Positions 36,101-47,599 of a stretch of DNA of 64,000 nucleotides are shown one piece after another. The stretch spans positions 3,286,001 to 3,350,000 of the forward strand of contig OZ374558.1 of assembly GCA_977862235.1 (NCBI GenBank). The letters are read 5' to 3'. Position numbers and translations under genes: made by a program. The DNA is from Dudresnaya verticillata. Taxonomy: Eukaryota. Every line of letters begins with the position of its first letter. Position 1 is the stretch's first letter. The notes under the pieces are model-generated. The model saw only the letters and a program-made list of their open reading frames with translations. It did not search any database and had not been told where the DNA came from.

Positions 36101-37569
36101 CCCTCAGAAATGCTCTCTGAGCGCCGAAAAAGCATTCATTCAACCAGTACAAAGTGTAGCGTTTTACGTTTTGCAGAAGTGAATGGCTTACGCTTTCGGT
36201 GTTCATGATGTAGAGTTTTCGCAGACATGCAAAGCTGGGATGTCAAATCGGTGCTTCAAGAGACGCTGACGGGTGATTATCTGCAGTTACTTGCTACGAG
36301 TTCCTGTATCCGCCCTTCTGCTGCGGCATGATTCTAAACATCTTGTCTTGGAACATGTGTAGTACACAAATGTTCTGCTCACTTCCGTGACTTCTGTTCA
36401 AAGATATGTTCAAAGCTTTCTCTCTCTTCAGCTCCAAGGAGATGCCAAATTGTATGTGGCATTCTCGTTGGGTTTTTCGACGTGCGTAGTGACGAAGCCC
36501 TTTTGAGATCTCCTTGCGCCTGACCCATATAATCACGCTGTCTTCAACACGAGTGCTCCTCGGCATGCAGGAAATTCCTGTCCGGAATGGGTCACGTAGG
36601 AACACACGGTTAGATGTCAGTAACGCTGGCAATGCTTCCCGAGCAGTGGGATCTTTGCAAAAGGTTCGAAAATTTGCTGACCCGAAGTGGTATTTCTTTC
36701 GATTTAATGTTTCGGCAGGCTTCTGCGACAACTGTGTATGTTTCCTGTTCATTAAGAGCGCCTCGTTCCACATAGCTTGAAGGACGAATTTTCCGAGATC
36801 AAGTCAGATGTATCCCCTTCTGGTACATCGAAAGGAGCGTGCCAGCAAGTGAACGCCAGGAATGCGTAATATTAAGGACTGGTGGTTGTCAATACTGGAA
36901 TGCAGGAGATGTCTCTGTTTTACCAACAATGCAAGACCAGCTTTATGGGAACTCTTCTGAGTCTCAGGCCCCACGCATGTTTGAAGCAGTATTCTATCGC
37001 ATACGTGACCAAGTTCGATTGAGTAATCTGTGAAATAATGTACAGTGGATACCGGAAGCATCAAAAGTAAAGAAGAAGACATGAGTGGTCTTGATTAGAT
37101 GGTTTGCTTCATCTTGAACTATATGCCGTCGTAAGTCTTTCTTTTGGGTTCCTACTACATAATTTCAAAAGGATCCTCTTGGAGCCTCGAATAACATATA
37201 TAATCAGTTCCTCTGGTAAACTGTAGAATACATGCAGAGTGCATGTTTTCGAAGACGATCTTACTCTGAATGGCCATCAAAGCGCTTCCACGTCTAACAA
37301 TAGCGCATTCCATCTCCGAACCAAGTCGAGGTTTAGAATACTTGATGGTAAAAGCTCACCTTGTCTGTGAGCGCATTTGAACCGTCCGTCTCAAACACCA
37401 ATGAAGGCGTGATATGCAATGGTGATTTCTGTTCTGCTTCTGAGTTTGGGAGTAACAATTTCTTGGGCTTACAATATTTCATTCCCAGGATGTCTTGTAT
37501 GGACGTACGTCTCGATGCGGTCTCTCTTAGCTGAAAATATTTGCAAGCCGTAAAAGTGGAATGCCGGAG

Positions 37570-37752
37570 ATGATTCAATCTGAAAAGACGTAAAGATACG
37601 TTGCCCTAGACGTTTCGAAAAGTTTTGTTCAGTTGAAAGATTGATTTCAACTGGTATGGAAAGTGTCATTTCCTATTCTATCTGTCTTGGACAAAAGAGT
37701 TTTCGAAACGCCTAGGGCAACGTATCTTTTTCGTCTTTTAAGATTGAATCAT
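37570..37752. repeat. MITE-like foldback with about 60-bp imperfect terminal inverted repeats
   Basis: ATGATTCAATCTGAAAAGACGTAAAGATACGTTGCCCTAGACGTTTCGAAAAGTTTTGT pairs with 37691-37752; internal 9-bp hairpin CAGTTGAAA/TTTCAACTG. Confidence 0.8.
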
Positions 37753-38300
37753 ATTGTATTTCTGCTTCCTAGGACCCCTTACTTCAGCGCTTCAGGGATT
37801 ATCTCTTGCTTTTGCAAAACAGTCTATTTCTCTTTCATAGCATACCCTCTTAGTAAATTGGGGGAAAAGAATTTTCACGCCAAGGGGCTTTATTATTTGT
37901 AGAGGAGGTACAATTTTGTGCATAGAGATCAGACACGCATTCAGTACGTTAAGCCAACAAATTTCTCCAAGTTACTAAACATCACGGATGTTTGAGAACT
38001 CTCCGATTTCAAAGACACTACATCAAGACTATTTTATGAGACATTCATGCCTCGTCAGAAACCTTCAAAACGTAGCAGCTGTGTTCGCATATTCTATCGA
38101 AATAGAATATTAATAAAATACATCAGCACTTGAAAGAAGACCTGCGTGCTCTCTTAGACTTCAGCTTTTGAAGAAACGTGTAAAACGTGGAGCTACCTTC
38201 TAGTGATGGAAACTTTTCTTCGAATCTTGTCCGCCCACTTCGCATCCATCATAGAGAGAATGGGGAACTTAATAGGGTGACGACGGGCTCTAGGGAGTTC

Positions 38301-38474
38301 TGTAGACTACTCTCCAGCTTCGCACGTGCACACACCAGCGGGACTCGATCCCACGACCTCCATGGCGGACCAAGCAAAAAGAAACCACTAAGCTATTGCC
38401 GCTTCAGTGTGGCTTTGCTTGGTGTAGTGCTGTGATGCTCCTTACTTAAGATCCTACTTCAGTAGGTACCTACA
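38301..38474. mobile_element. Solo-LTR-like repeat (174 bp)
   Basis: TGTAGA...CCTACA; flanks GTTC/TTTC (3 of 4 match); highly similar to 43836-44009. Confidence 0.82.
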
Positions 38475-39813
38475 TTTCTTTCCAGACTACAAGGAGAAAA
38501 GGAAACTCCCCTGCGACTTCTACAAGCGAGTCAACAGTAGCTTGAAAACTTCACAGATCGACTCGAAGACGACGGCGAGCTCGCCAAAATGAGCAGCCTT
38601 TGCCAATCTCCGAGAGAGAATGCGCATGCCCATACCATCCCTCGCGAGTACATCTCCGTGAGGCGACGGGTGCTCAGTTTTGGTGCAGCCATCATAGACG
38701 ACACCAAATTACATCCGAGAACGATTCAAAATCCTTGCTTTCGTCAGCAATGGACAACGCGTAAAGTCAGGCAGTGTTTAGTTAGTCTTTTTGAATCGAC
38801 AACCAATATGGAAAGATGAAAATTATTCTCCCATCTTTGAGCATTTGAAGCTAGTGTGAATATTCCATTGAAGGGGCTTCAATCCTGTTCTCAATTCTTT
38901 CTAATTCTGATCTTGCCCTTGCTCATTTGGTTCCCATTAGGTGAGATATAAAGCTGATATATATCGAGCTAGTCTACACACATATATTTTTCGAATTTCG
39001 GATAACAAAGACTCAAGAGAAAGAAACTTTATTCAGAAGAGAAATGGGGGCACATTCTGTAGATCGCCCTGAAGACCCAAACCAGTACCACACTCGATCA
39101 AGGAGAAGTTTCGAAAATCGACACGTGGTGGACTCAAGGGGTCCAACGATTTTTATAACATGCTTAAGGTCTATCACCAAGCCCTTCTGGAAGCAAGACG
39201 GGGTATTTTTTGCAGCTTGTACGTAGTGGGGCGTCATAATATTAGACCATTAGGGATCGTTATGGCTTTTATCCTACTAGCATTACCATACTAAAGAGAC
39301 TAAAGTGAGAGACGGAAGCGTAGTTGATGACATCTTCTCCAGCGCTATTTATGTCACTAGAAAATGCCTGAGGTAGCAAATGATAGAATGCGGTAGGTAT
39401 GGCTTTGTTAACGAATCTAGCTGTTAACGAGACTAAGAGTTTATCGGCACAGACTAATATACAAGCGACAACTTTACCTTCAATAAATGTTTGAAGTACT
39501 AGAAGTCTGTAAGTAAGTCAACTTTGTCTTCACAAGTCGGGGACTTGATCGGATATGCTTTTCAATTCATGAGGAACCATTCCATTGGGGATTCTGGAAT
39601 ACCTAGATGTCTAATGTGCAGTATTGGGCATTGCTGAAGGAACAGGGATCTTATTAAACAGTGCAAATCTCAGTGAATTGGCTCAAATCTATCTGTTGTT
39701 TTAATGCGTAACATAATGAATGACTAACAGATATTAGACCGCAGCCAACTCATACTGGTACCACAGCTTACCTAATCCTGAGCCCAGCTACCACAAACCT
39801 CATCCAATCTATC

Positions 39814-40200
39814 TTAGAGGACCAGCTTATCAGCCTGTGGGGCGCACGTGTCGATGCCGTTCATAATGCAATCCATCTTGTCTTCGTCCTTAACACATCG
39901 GCAGCGCTTCATGAAGAGCTTGACGCACTTGATGTCTCTCTTAGCGACACGCCTAGCGCGCTTGGTCTTGAAGCACTTGAGCGTGAGCTTGATTTTGATG
40001 CTGACCGGGGGGACACTGATGTCAAATGTAATCATTGTCCTGACACGACCCGGCTTGGTGCACGTCGCCGACGTAGACATGGTTGAAGACTTTGTCTTGA
40101 CCTTGACGCATGTCTTCGCGCGTTCGTAGGTCGGAATCACATCTTCAGCGAAGGCAACAGACAGAAGGGCCAAGATTGCGATGAGAGTGAAGGTCTTCAT
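39814..40200 (-). CDS. Secreted cationic 8-Cys protein, member 7 (subtype A), 128 aa
   Basis: Signal peptide MKTFTLIAILALLSVAFA; CVKVKTK...RDIKC...KRCRC...CAPQA. Confidence 0.94.
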   Translation of the reverse strand: MKTFTLIAILALLSVAFAEDVIPTYERAKTCVKVKTKSSTMSTSATCTKPGRVRTMITFDISVPPVSIKIKLTLKCFKTKRARRVAKRDIKCVKLFMKRCRCVKDEDKMDCIMNGIDTCAPQADKLVL

Positions 40201-40311
40201 GGCTTCGGTTGGGGTTTGGGGTGTGATGCGGATGAAGCTTGGATGAGATTAGAAGGTTCGGTGTTGTGGATCTTGTGCCAGGCAGATGGTCGTCTGAGGG
40301 CAGGGACAGTC

Positions 40312-40318
40312 TTATATA
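40312..40318 (-). promoter_or_regulatory. TATA box of member 7
   Basis: TATATAA about 112 bp upstream of the ATG. Confidence 0.7.
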
Positions 40319-43300
40319 GGGGATGGGGCCGGTGCAATGGACTACTACACGATGATTACCTTAGGACCCGCTCCATTTGCTCATTTTCCGCGCATGGAGT
40401 AGGTGTCGTTTCGGGGAGACTTCTGTTCAAGTGCCTTGACCTTGAAGTGTGACAGTGGCCATCAATTTTGCTTTTTCCGTGCTTGTGCGTTGCTCCCAAG
40501 ACACGTTTGCTGTCATATTGGCGATCATGTAAGGATAGTGAGCACCGACGAGAGAAATAGATATGTGCAAGTAACTGACTGAGCTCGCTCGATTCGAAAA
40601 AGTTGGATAAATTCATATCTTGCGCCTATGGCTTGACAAAGAGCTCCGGTGCTACCTGTCCACCGCTGATTTCTCACCTCCAATCATCTCGTAGAGTATA
40701 ATCTCACCTCCAATCCGGGATGTGCAGTTTCACCTACGGACCGCAATAGATGGTGCACGATCTCCAAACCTTGGCATCTTCACAGATCAGATGTGAAGGT
40801 GACAATTATGAACCTCAACCTCAAACCGCAGGGAAAGTCCAGGGGTAAGAGCGTTTAGGTCTTCGAAAATGAGGTCTTCGATTAAGCCCTGGCAAAACCC
40901 AAAACAAAACAACTGTTCAACAACAATATCATATAAGTGCGGGCACTGTATGTGTCCGATCTGGGTTTGCCTACAAAATACAATGTGGACTTGTTTATGT
41001 TTTGTAGGCATTATTCTGATGTGAAGAGGGTTCTTCCAGGAAGGCCTCTTTTATCTTCCGCTGGAACAAGCATCACGCAGCCGTCAAATGCGAGCGACTT
41101 GGGATTACTCTTCCTTCTCCAAAAAGCTGAACAACTCACTGCATTGCGCCCACATTTTTTATTAACCAAGGTAAGTTCCTGGAGGCATGAGAAACATCAA
41201 AGGTGTTGCGAACGTGGCGGCGCCTGTGCGGAATCCTTCGTGTACTATCGGGTGCGCAACTTTGCAAGTGCAATCTTTGATGACGGGGCACAATGACATT
41301 TGCGCGGGTTTCCGAAAAAAAATCAAAACTGCGGCGGACGGCAGCAGACACTGGCGACTACAGCGACACCGGACTGAGGACTAACGTTGGTGGCAGACTT
41401 GTGGGTTGCATGTTAGTGCAGCCTTCAGCAACTGAAAACAGAACTTAGAAGGCAGTGCATTTGCGGCGGTATCGGTTGCTCGCGCTGACCAAGGTGGAAG
41501 CCGTTTTGCGGAGCAGAAACCGTGACGTGGACCAGCTTTGCTGTGCAAATCGCTCTCCATCCTTCGCCTTGTTTTGCATCTACATTACTTTTCCAGCGAG
41601 GCGATTTCGAGTGGCAGACAGGAGAGATGTCACCGCTGAGCGAGTGCGCGGTGTGAACAGCGTGCATACATGCACCCTACAAGTAGTCTGCATGATGGCA
41701 ATCGCAACAGCTCAGACAAAACACGACGATCTCGAGAAAACGAAAACTGTCTGTGCAACCATTTACTTGCCGACGGAGTGATGGCCCATGACGATGGAGT
41801 GATGGATGGCCCAACACTCCGTTGCCTAGTAAACTGTCGCGCGTCAATGATGGCTATTGATGGCCCGCTCTATCTTGCTAGATCGCGACTACTGTGGGTT
41901 CTAGTGCTGCGTCAGCTTTCCTCGATGGTTGCAGGACTGGTTGAAATGGCCGTTCGACAAGCGACGAGAACTCAAAAAAAGAAACTTGCACCCAAGGAAT
42001 AATATCAGATGAATTTTGCGCTTGGAGCTGAGTGTGAAGCATGTGTCGAGATCCGAGGGTTTAGAACAAGAGCTCGTCAATCATTGCACCGTGTGCCAGC
42101 AAAGCCGAGGCAGCGTCACTCCTTGTGATATAGAATTTTAAGCAATCTGGCTATCGCTGGTTGTGAGATAACACTGCGAAGAAACGTTGCATCCTTCACA
42201 AGCAGGGTGACCAAAGTGACAACTTGGGAAATGTGATACATCTTGCGGGGCAATAGGGTGCGCTCCTGTGCAGCTCCTCTAACTCGCAGAACTGGATTCA
42301 AGATTCTCTTGGCCCTCTAGACTTCGGGCGAAGAGGACCTAGCGTCAACTATCTCTCTCCCTTCTAAATAAAAAATCCCCCTGCAGTTTCAAGATGAGAG
42401 GCATATTTCCATATTTAAACATCTGCAATGACAACCCGCATGTCGTAGATCCCTTGGTCTGGGTCCCTGATTTCAGTGTTTTATGTATCCTGCTGCTAGT
42501 AAATGCAGAAGGACAGCCCCAGACTAATGAGAACTTGCGAGAAAGCTTTCAATCTCTCAAGCGAAACATCGAGAAGGAAAAGTCAGGGCCCTTACACTTT
42601 TAGCTTTCAACTCCTTAGCTTTGAGGGTACACCTCGTGTAACCTCACAAATCGGTTCCACTCTGTATTTTAGATGGTGATCCTGCAACCCCATTCCCAAT
42701 TATCTACTGTACGTGTTATTGGGTAGTGGATACCATCACGTAGAAAGAGGGAACCTACAAAACCGGAGCTTAAGAACTAGGAGGCGTATTAGGAGAAAGC
42801 ATTAATGTGTCACTACTCGCTGCCTTTGACGACAAAATTTTGATAACTTCACAAAACGACGAGCATGGAACTGTTAGCCATACCTACTAGGTGGGAAATC
42901 CGTTTTCATCAAGCTATATGGTATTACGGTATCATCGAAATTGCAACAACTCTTGGAATGTTTTCAAATTGGATCCTTGGTCGAATCGCAGAGCTAATTA
43001 TTAGTACATCGCCTTCATAGTGTTACCACCATTAATCTAAAAGGGTATTTTTACAGGCTTTCTCGTTAAAATTATTCCACCGTCGATACGCACAGAAACC
43101 TCTGCCACAGGAATGTGGATTGAGACTTGGAAGGCCGGAAATATATATCTCCCTACGAGAAAAGATACAGATCACTCAATAAATCTGACGACAGAAAGAA
43201 TAATAGTTGTGTCCTCGTGCAAGTTGCATATTCTCTATGAACAACTTTTAATGCTGGAGGGGGCTTTCTGGTTTCATTCACCATGGGACCAGCAGCGATG

Positions 43301-43835
43301 GTCCGCAAGGAGTCTACAACATATTGGACATACCCATTTAAGTTTTACGCAGGACTTCTCTTGAGTGCTGCGTTCGAATTGACAAAAGTGACGTCTCTCT
43401 GGGGAGCAGGTATTGTTCCTGGCTTCACCGCCGTCTAGAAGAGGGACCTGAAACTCCTCGGATGCAACTTAAATGACCGGCGTTTCAAGCGAAAACCACA
43501 GATATAGATATATTAACATGCATGGCACTAGATCAGGTCCCTGCTCATACGCTCCATCCTTTTTCGCGAATCTGAGCTTAACCTCTCTTCTGGTGGCTCT
43601 TCTTCTTCACATCAGGCTCTCGAATAAATTCAAGCCAACAACTATACACATTTACTTCTCCGGCTATATCTTCGCGTTAGAATCTTCTACATGGTTCAGT
43701 ACAGAGGAGAGGATATGTTCGTTGAAATTCCCCGCACTTTGCGAAGGCTTATTAGTGGGCGATAAGTATGGTGCAAGCGCACGCTGCCCAAAGTTATTAC
43801 CTTCCGGTCTTACGGGCTTCCTTTCGCTCTCCTTG

Positions 43836-44009
43836 TGTAGACTACTCTCCAGCTTCGCAGGTGCACACACCCGCGAGACTCGATCCCACGACCTCCATGG
43901 CGGACCAAGCAAAAAGAAACCACTAAGCTATTGCCGCTTCAGTGTGGCTTTGCTTGGTGTGGTGCTGTGATGCTCCCTACTTAAGATCCTACTTTAGTAG
44001 GTATCTACA
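43836..44009. mobile_element. Solo-LTR-like repeat (174 bp)
   Basis: TGTAGA...TCTACA inverted termini; perfect 4-bp TSD CTTG (43832-43835 / 44010-44013). Confidence 0.85.
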
Positions 44010-44246
44010 CTTGTCACAGCTGAATACTGTGCCGACCTTCAAACGCAGTCAGAGGGTTTCCGTTTGGTAATTTTACGTGGTGAATTTAATGCCCGTACTT
44101 CCGCTCACCTTCAATGTGAGACTATGTGATTCAACTCACGCAAACTCAAACATAGCTTCTACTAGGGCAACTATCAACTGCAGGAACATACCATCCACGC
44201 CTATCCTTATTCCAGTGAGATGGACGTGTACAGGAAGGAATCCGCT

Positions 44247-44666
44247 CTACATGGGGAGAACCTCGACCTTGTTTCGGCCAGCGCAAATAGTGACCTGGTT
44301 CTGAATACAGAATTCCTTTCGTTCATCCCTCAAACAGCGGCACCTCTTCAGGAATAGCTTCTTGCACTTGATGATCCTCTTCGCTAACTTCTTTGCCTTC
44401 TTCTTCGGGCGGCACGGGATTGTGATCTTCAGCTTAAGCATCGCAGGAGGGACAGTCACTGTGCAAGTGATCATCGTAATCACCTTCTTTTTCCCACAAT
44501 CCGTGCGCATGACCGACGTCAGATGCGTCACCTTAACGCAATTCTTCTGGTGGCCAACATTAGCGATCTTGTCATGTACGAGGTTATCGACGTCTGCCAT
44601 GGCGGCTTCCTCTGCCATGGAAGACACGAGAAGTGCCAGGATGAATAGCACGAATAAGGACTTCAT
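44247..44666 (-). CDS. Secreted cationic 8(+1)-Cys protein, member 8 (subtype C), 139 aa
   Basis: Signal peptide MKSLFVLFILALLVSSMA; acidic propiece; core nearly identical to member 6 (AKKLAKRIIKCKKLFLKRCRCLRDERK). Confidence 0.94.
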   Translation of the reverse strand: MKSLFVLFILALLVSSMAEEAAMADVDNLVHDKIANVGHQKNCVKVTHLTSVMRTDCGKKKVITMITCTVTVPPAMLKLKITIPCRPKKKAKKLAKRIIKCKKLFLKRCRCLRDERKEFCIQNQVTICAGRNKVEVLPM

Positions 44667-44767
44667 TTTTGTGAGGATGGTCTCAGGTAATTTTTCCGAC
44701 TTCGAAAGCGATGCGTTCGATGAGAGGGCGAAACTGCAACTTCTCTACTTCTCCATATGTTCCAAGC

Positions 44768-44774
44768 TTATATA
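44768..44774 (-). promoter_or_regulatory. TATA box of member 8
   Basis: TATATAA about 105 bp upstream of the ATG. Confidence 0.7.
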
Positions 44775-46329
44775 GAGTCTTCTCTTCAGAGTGAGGTTCA
44801 TATTCCCTGCTTCTTTCTCTGTCAAATCCCTTCTCTGTCTCAATCTTTCTCGATCATATCCTGAGGGAGCCTCTGTACAGTTCCGCAAGTATCCCCCAAG
44901 CCTAGCCAACCAGTTCAGCGAGAAGAAAATCATAACCCTAATGCTGAGCACTTTCTAGGACAACGACAAGCTGGAAGAGGGTGATCACCTAGCATTGGAC
45001 GGGTGGTTTGGATAGCCACCTTTCTCCGAAGACTACATTTGTAGTACCATTGATTGCTGTTTAATATCTGCTTGAGAAGATATGATTCCGATCCCGAAAG
45101 AAGATCCAGGGTCAATTCCAATTCTCCGCTCCGAGGCAGTAGGATCTCGAAGACATCTCATTGCTCTCAGTTGGAATGTTTAGAATTGTCAATAGGTTCA
45201 CCCTGCACAGTTTTACAGATTTAAGTATATTCAGGGAAAATGTTGTGCAACTATCTTCTTAGAATATTGATCAGTATTCCCCTGAGAATGAAAGATGTTT
45301 TTGCTAGAGCTCATATCAATAGTTCGAGAAAGCCCTTACCATGTGAACACCGACAAAGGAATAGATAGCTTATATGGCTACTCCGAAACGTTTCGGGTTA
45401 GGAGAGGCCCAGTGGGCTAGAGCTGCGTTTTGCTAGTTGGGAGGTAAGAAAGGCTACGTTTTGACGCTGGAGATCTGATTCGGTGCAGCATTGTTCCTGT
45501 GGAAAACAAAAGCAAATGATCATAATTCCAGTTGGTGGAGATTGGGAAACTAGAGCTGCATCGTTGCAGAGAGCGTATTGAATCTTCCAAAAGGGTAACT
45601 GGAAACAAGTTGGGCCAGGCAGATAGACAGCCCTATTAAGTTGACAATATTATGCCTTCGTATGTAACTCAGACAGGTCCCAGACGCAAGTTGTCCCTGG
45701 ATACAATTCCACTATGTAGTCAACCAATAACAAAAAGAATCAGTGATATATTGTTAACTGATCTTGAGGTGCTCAAAGTGACGGAAGCGGGGAGCAAAGC
45801 TGTTTTGTGAAAACTGGCAGTGCTAGGAGAGCAGTAGCATCATGGTGCCGGCTGAAAGCAAAAAATGCAGAAGACCGTGATAAGACAGACATCTTGTCAC
45901 AATTGTCTCTCTTGTTTTTCCAACGACCAGTCAGACACTGCCGGAATGGCAATGCCATGTTCGGTGCCCTTTGGGAGATGCAATGCTTTTCGCAAGCATC
46001 ACCTCGTGAATAACATGCGGTCCAGGCTGCCCTTCCCTTCAACGTGTCTCTTGCTGGAGGAAGTTGCGTCTTCAAGACGGACTGAATTCTTACTTACCAA
46101 TAGCTCAAGCTCAAAAAACAATCGTTATTGGTGGAAATGCACCGCTGTCACGGAGACGAAAGACGCGGAAGCCTGGCAAGGTTAACTGCCTTTGTCTAGT
46201 CGGCTCAACAATAGAGCCACCTAATGCCCAGTGCGGATGACCCGCCTAGTTGTTTCTTGTAGTTTGATGTACATGTCCACCGAGCAAATACACAAGTCGT
46301 AGCACAGCATCATCATCACAACTTTATTG

Positions 46330-46650
46330 AAGCAAGACGCAAAGCGGGAAACTAGCCCTGATAACTATTGGAAGGCCTGGACAGACTGGACATCTACGAT
46401 TCACTGCGAGGGCGGTGAGCTGGAGAATGCGGGAAACCTGTGGTGAAAGTGACGAATGGTACTCAGTGGTAGGATTTGTCCGGCGCGTGGCTAGGAAAGC
46501 AGCGCGCTTTTGGAGTGCGGCATTCGGGACCAATCGCAAAGCCGCCGCAACAACTTGGGCTTTCTCGAATACTTTGTTTCTGCCTCTTGAATCAGGTTCC
46601 ATGCGCTTTGTCCTCCAGCTTCCACATCTGCGCATTTCCGTGTGACGAAC
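46330..46650 (-). mobile_element. Degenerate CRE-like 3' fragment
   Basis: AAFLATRRTNP...VSRILQLTALAVNRR matches the ORF2 C-terminus (ERRGSNP...SHLLRFQALAINRR). Confidence 0.65.
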
Positions 46651-47009
46651 GTCCTGTCCCCCCATTTCGCAAAATGGAATTGTTTGTGGACATGCAGAAG
46701 TTTCTCTCTAGGGTGGGCCTGGGGTCTTTTCCTTGCACTATTAGAAGAAAGGCTGTTTTTACAAAAGCCCTGCCTTTGCGAAGGACCAGCTCTGACGAGG
46801 CATGTTCGACTCCGTATCAATCCAAAGAGAACAGATGCAACAAAACCGTTTGACGCTCTGTGGGACGATTAACAGCGCTCCATGCTCTCATTAGAGCGGG
46901 GAGTTTTACACGTGGAGAGTTTTACGTTATCATCACAAATGTTTTGAAGCAAGAAAGAAAAAACGGGAAACCATAACTATGTGTGCCTATCCGCTAATGA
47001 CTCCCGGCA

Positions 47010-47100
47010 GTCCCGGACAGGCAGGACGCAGAAGACTCACTGCGAGAGCAGTGAGCTAGAGAATGCGAGAAACAAGGGGTGACTGTAATGAATGGAATCC
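47010..47100 (-). mobile_element. Short CRE-like 3' fragment, paralogous to about 46375-46465
   Basis: TCACTGCGAG-GC-GTGAGCT-GAGAATGCG-GAAAC shared at nucleotide level. Confidence 0.6.
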
Positions 47101-47599
47101 TGTTGGGCAATCAGGGGTAGAGAGAAATTAATCTCTCTTGTGTATGTAACAATAGGGCAGAGTCCTGCCAAAAGACGAAGTCCACACAAGGCCAGTGTGC
47201 AGTCCTACCGTGGATGACGTTGTTTTACTGGGGTTTTCTTTTTCTTGTTGTTGTTGTTGGGTAGATTCGCACTGCGTGATGGTCGCTTGAATCCCACTGA
47301 TCTAACTACATTATACTGGCAAAGTGGACTCAGCTTTTGCACTCTACAGAAATGCTACAATGCAATTGCAGAACTGTCCGTTCTGAGGTCCTTTGCAGTT
47401 ATCCTTTTTGAGAGATTGCAACGCCTGGATTCAATGATGTACAAGCGGTGGCTGACGAATGACATCTCGAACGTGTTAGCGTCCAAAAGACAGCCAGTTC
47501 CCACTCCTGGTTTTCTGGCCTTCAATCCAGCCTATCCATTGCAGAACACTTGCCATGTCCGTTACAACCAGGAGTCTTTCTTGGAGTGCCAACAACCTA

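Noticed and set aside
5915..44666. Assigning the 8-Cys family to nsLTP/prolamin 8CM, defensins, thionins or hydrophobins
   Set aside because: No adjacent CC pair, and the spacing and size do not match those families.
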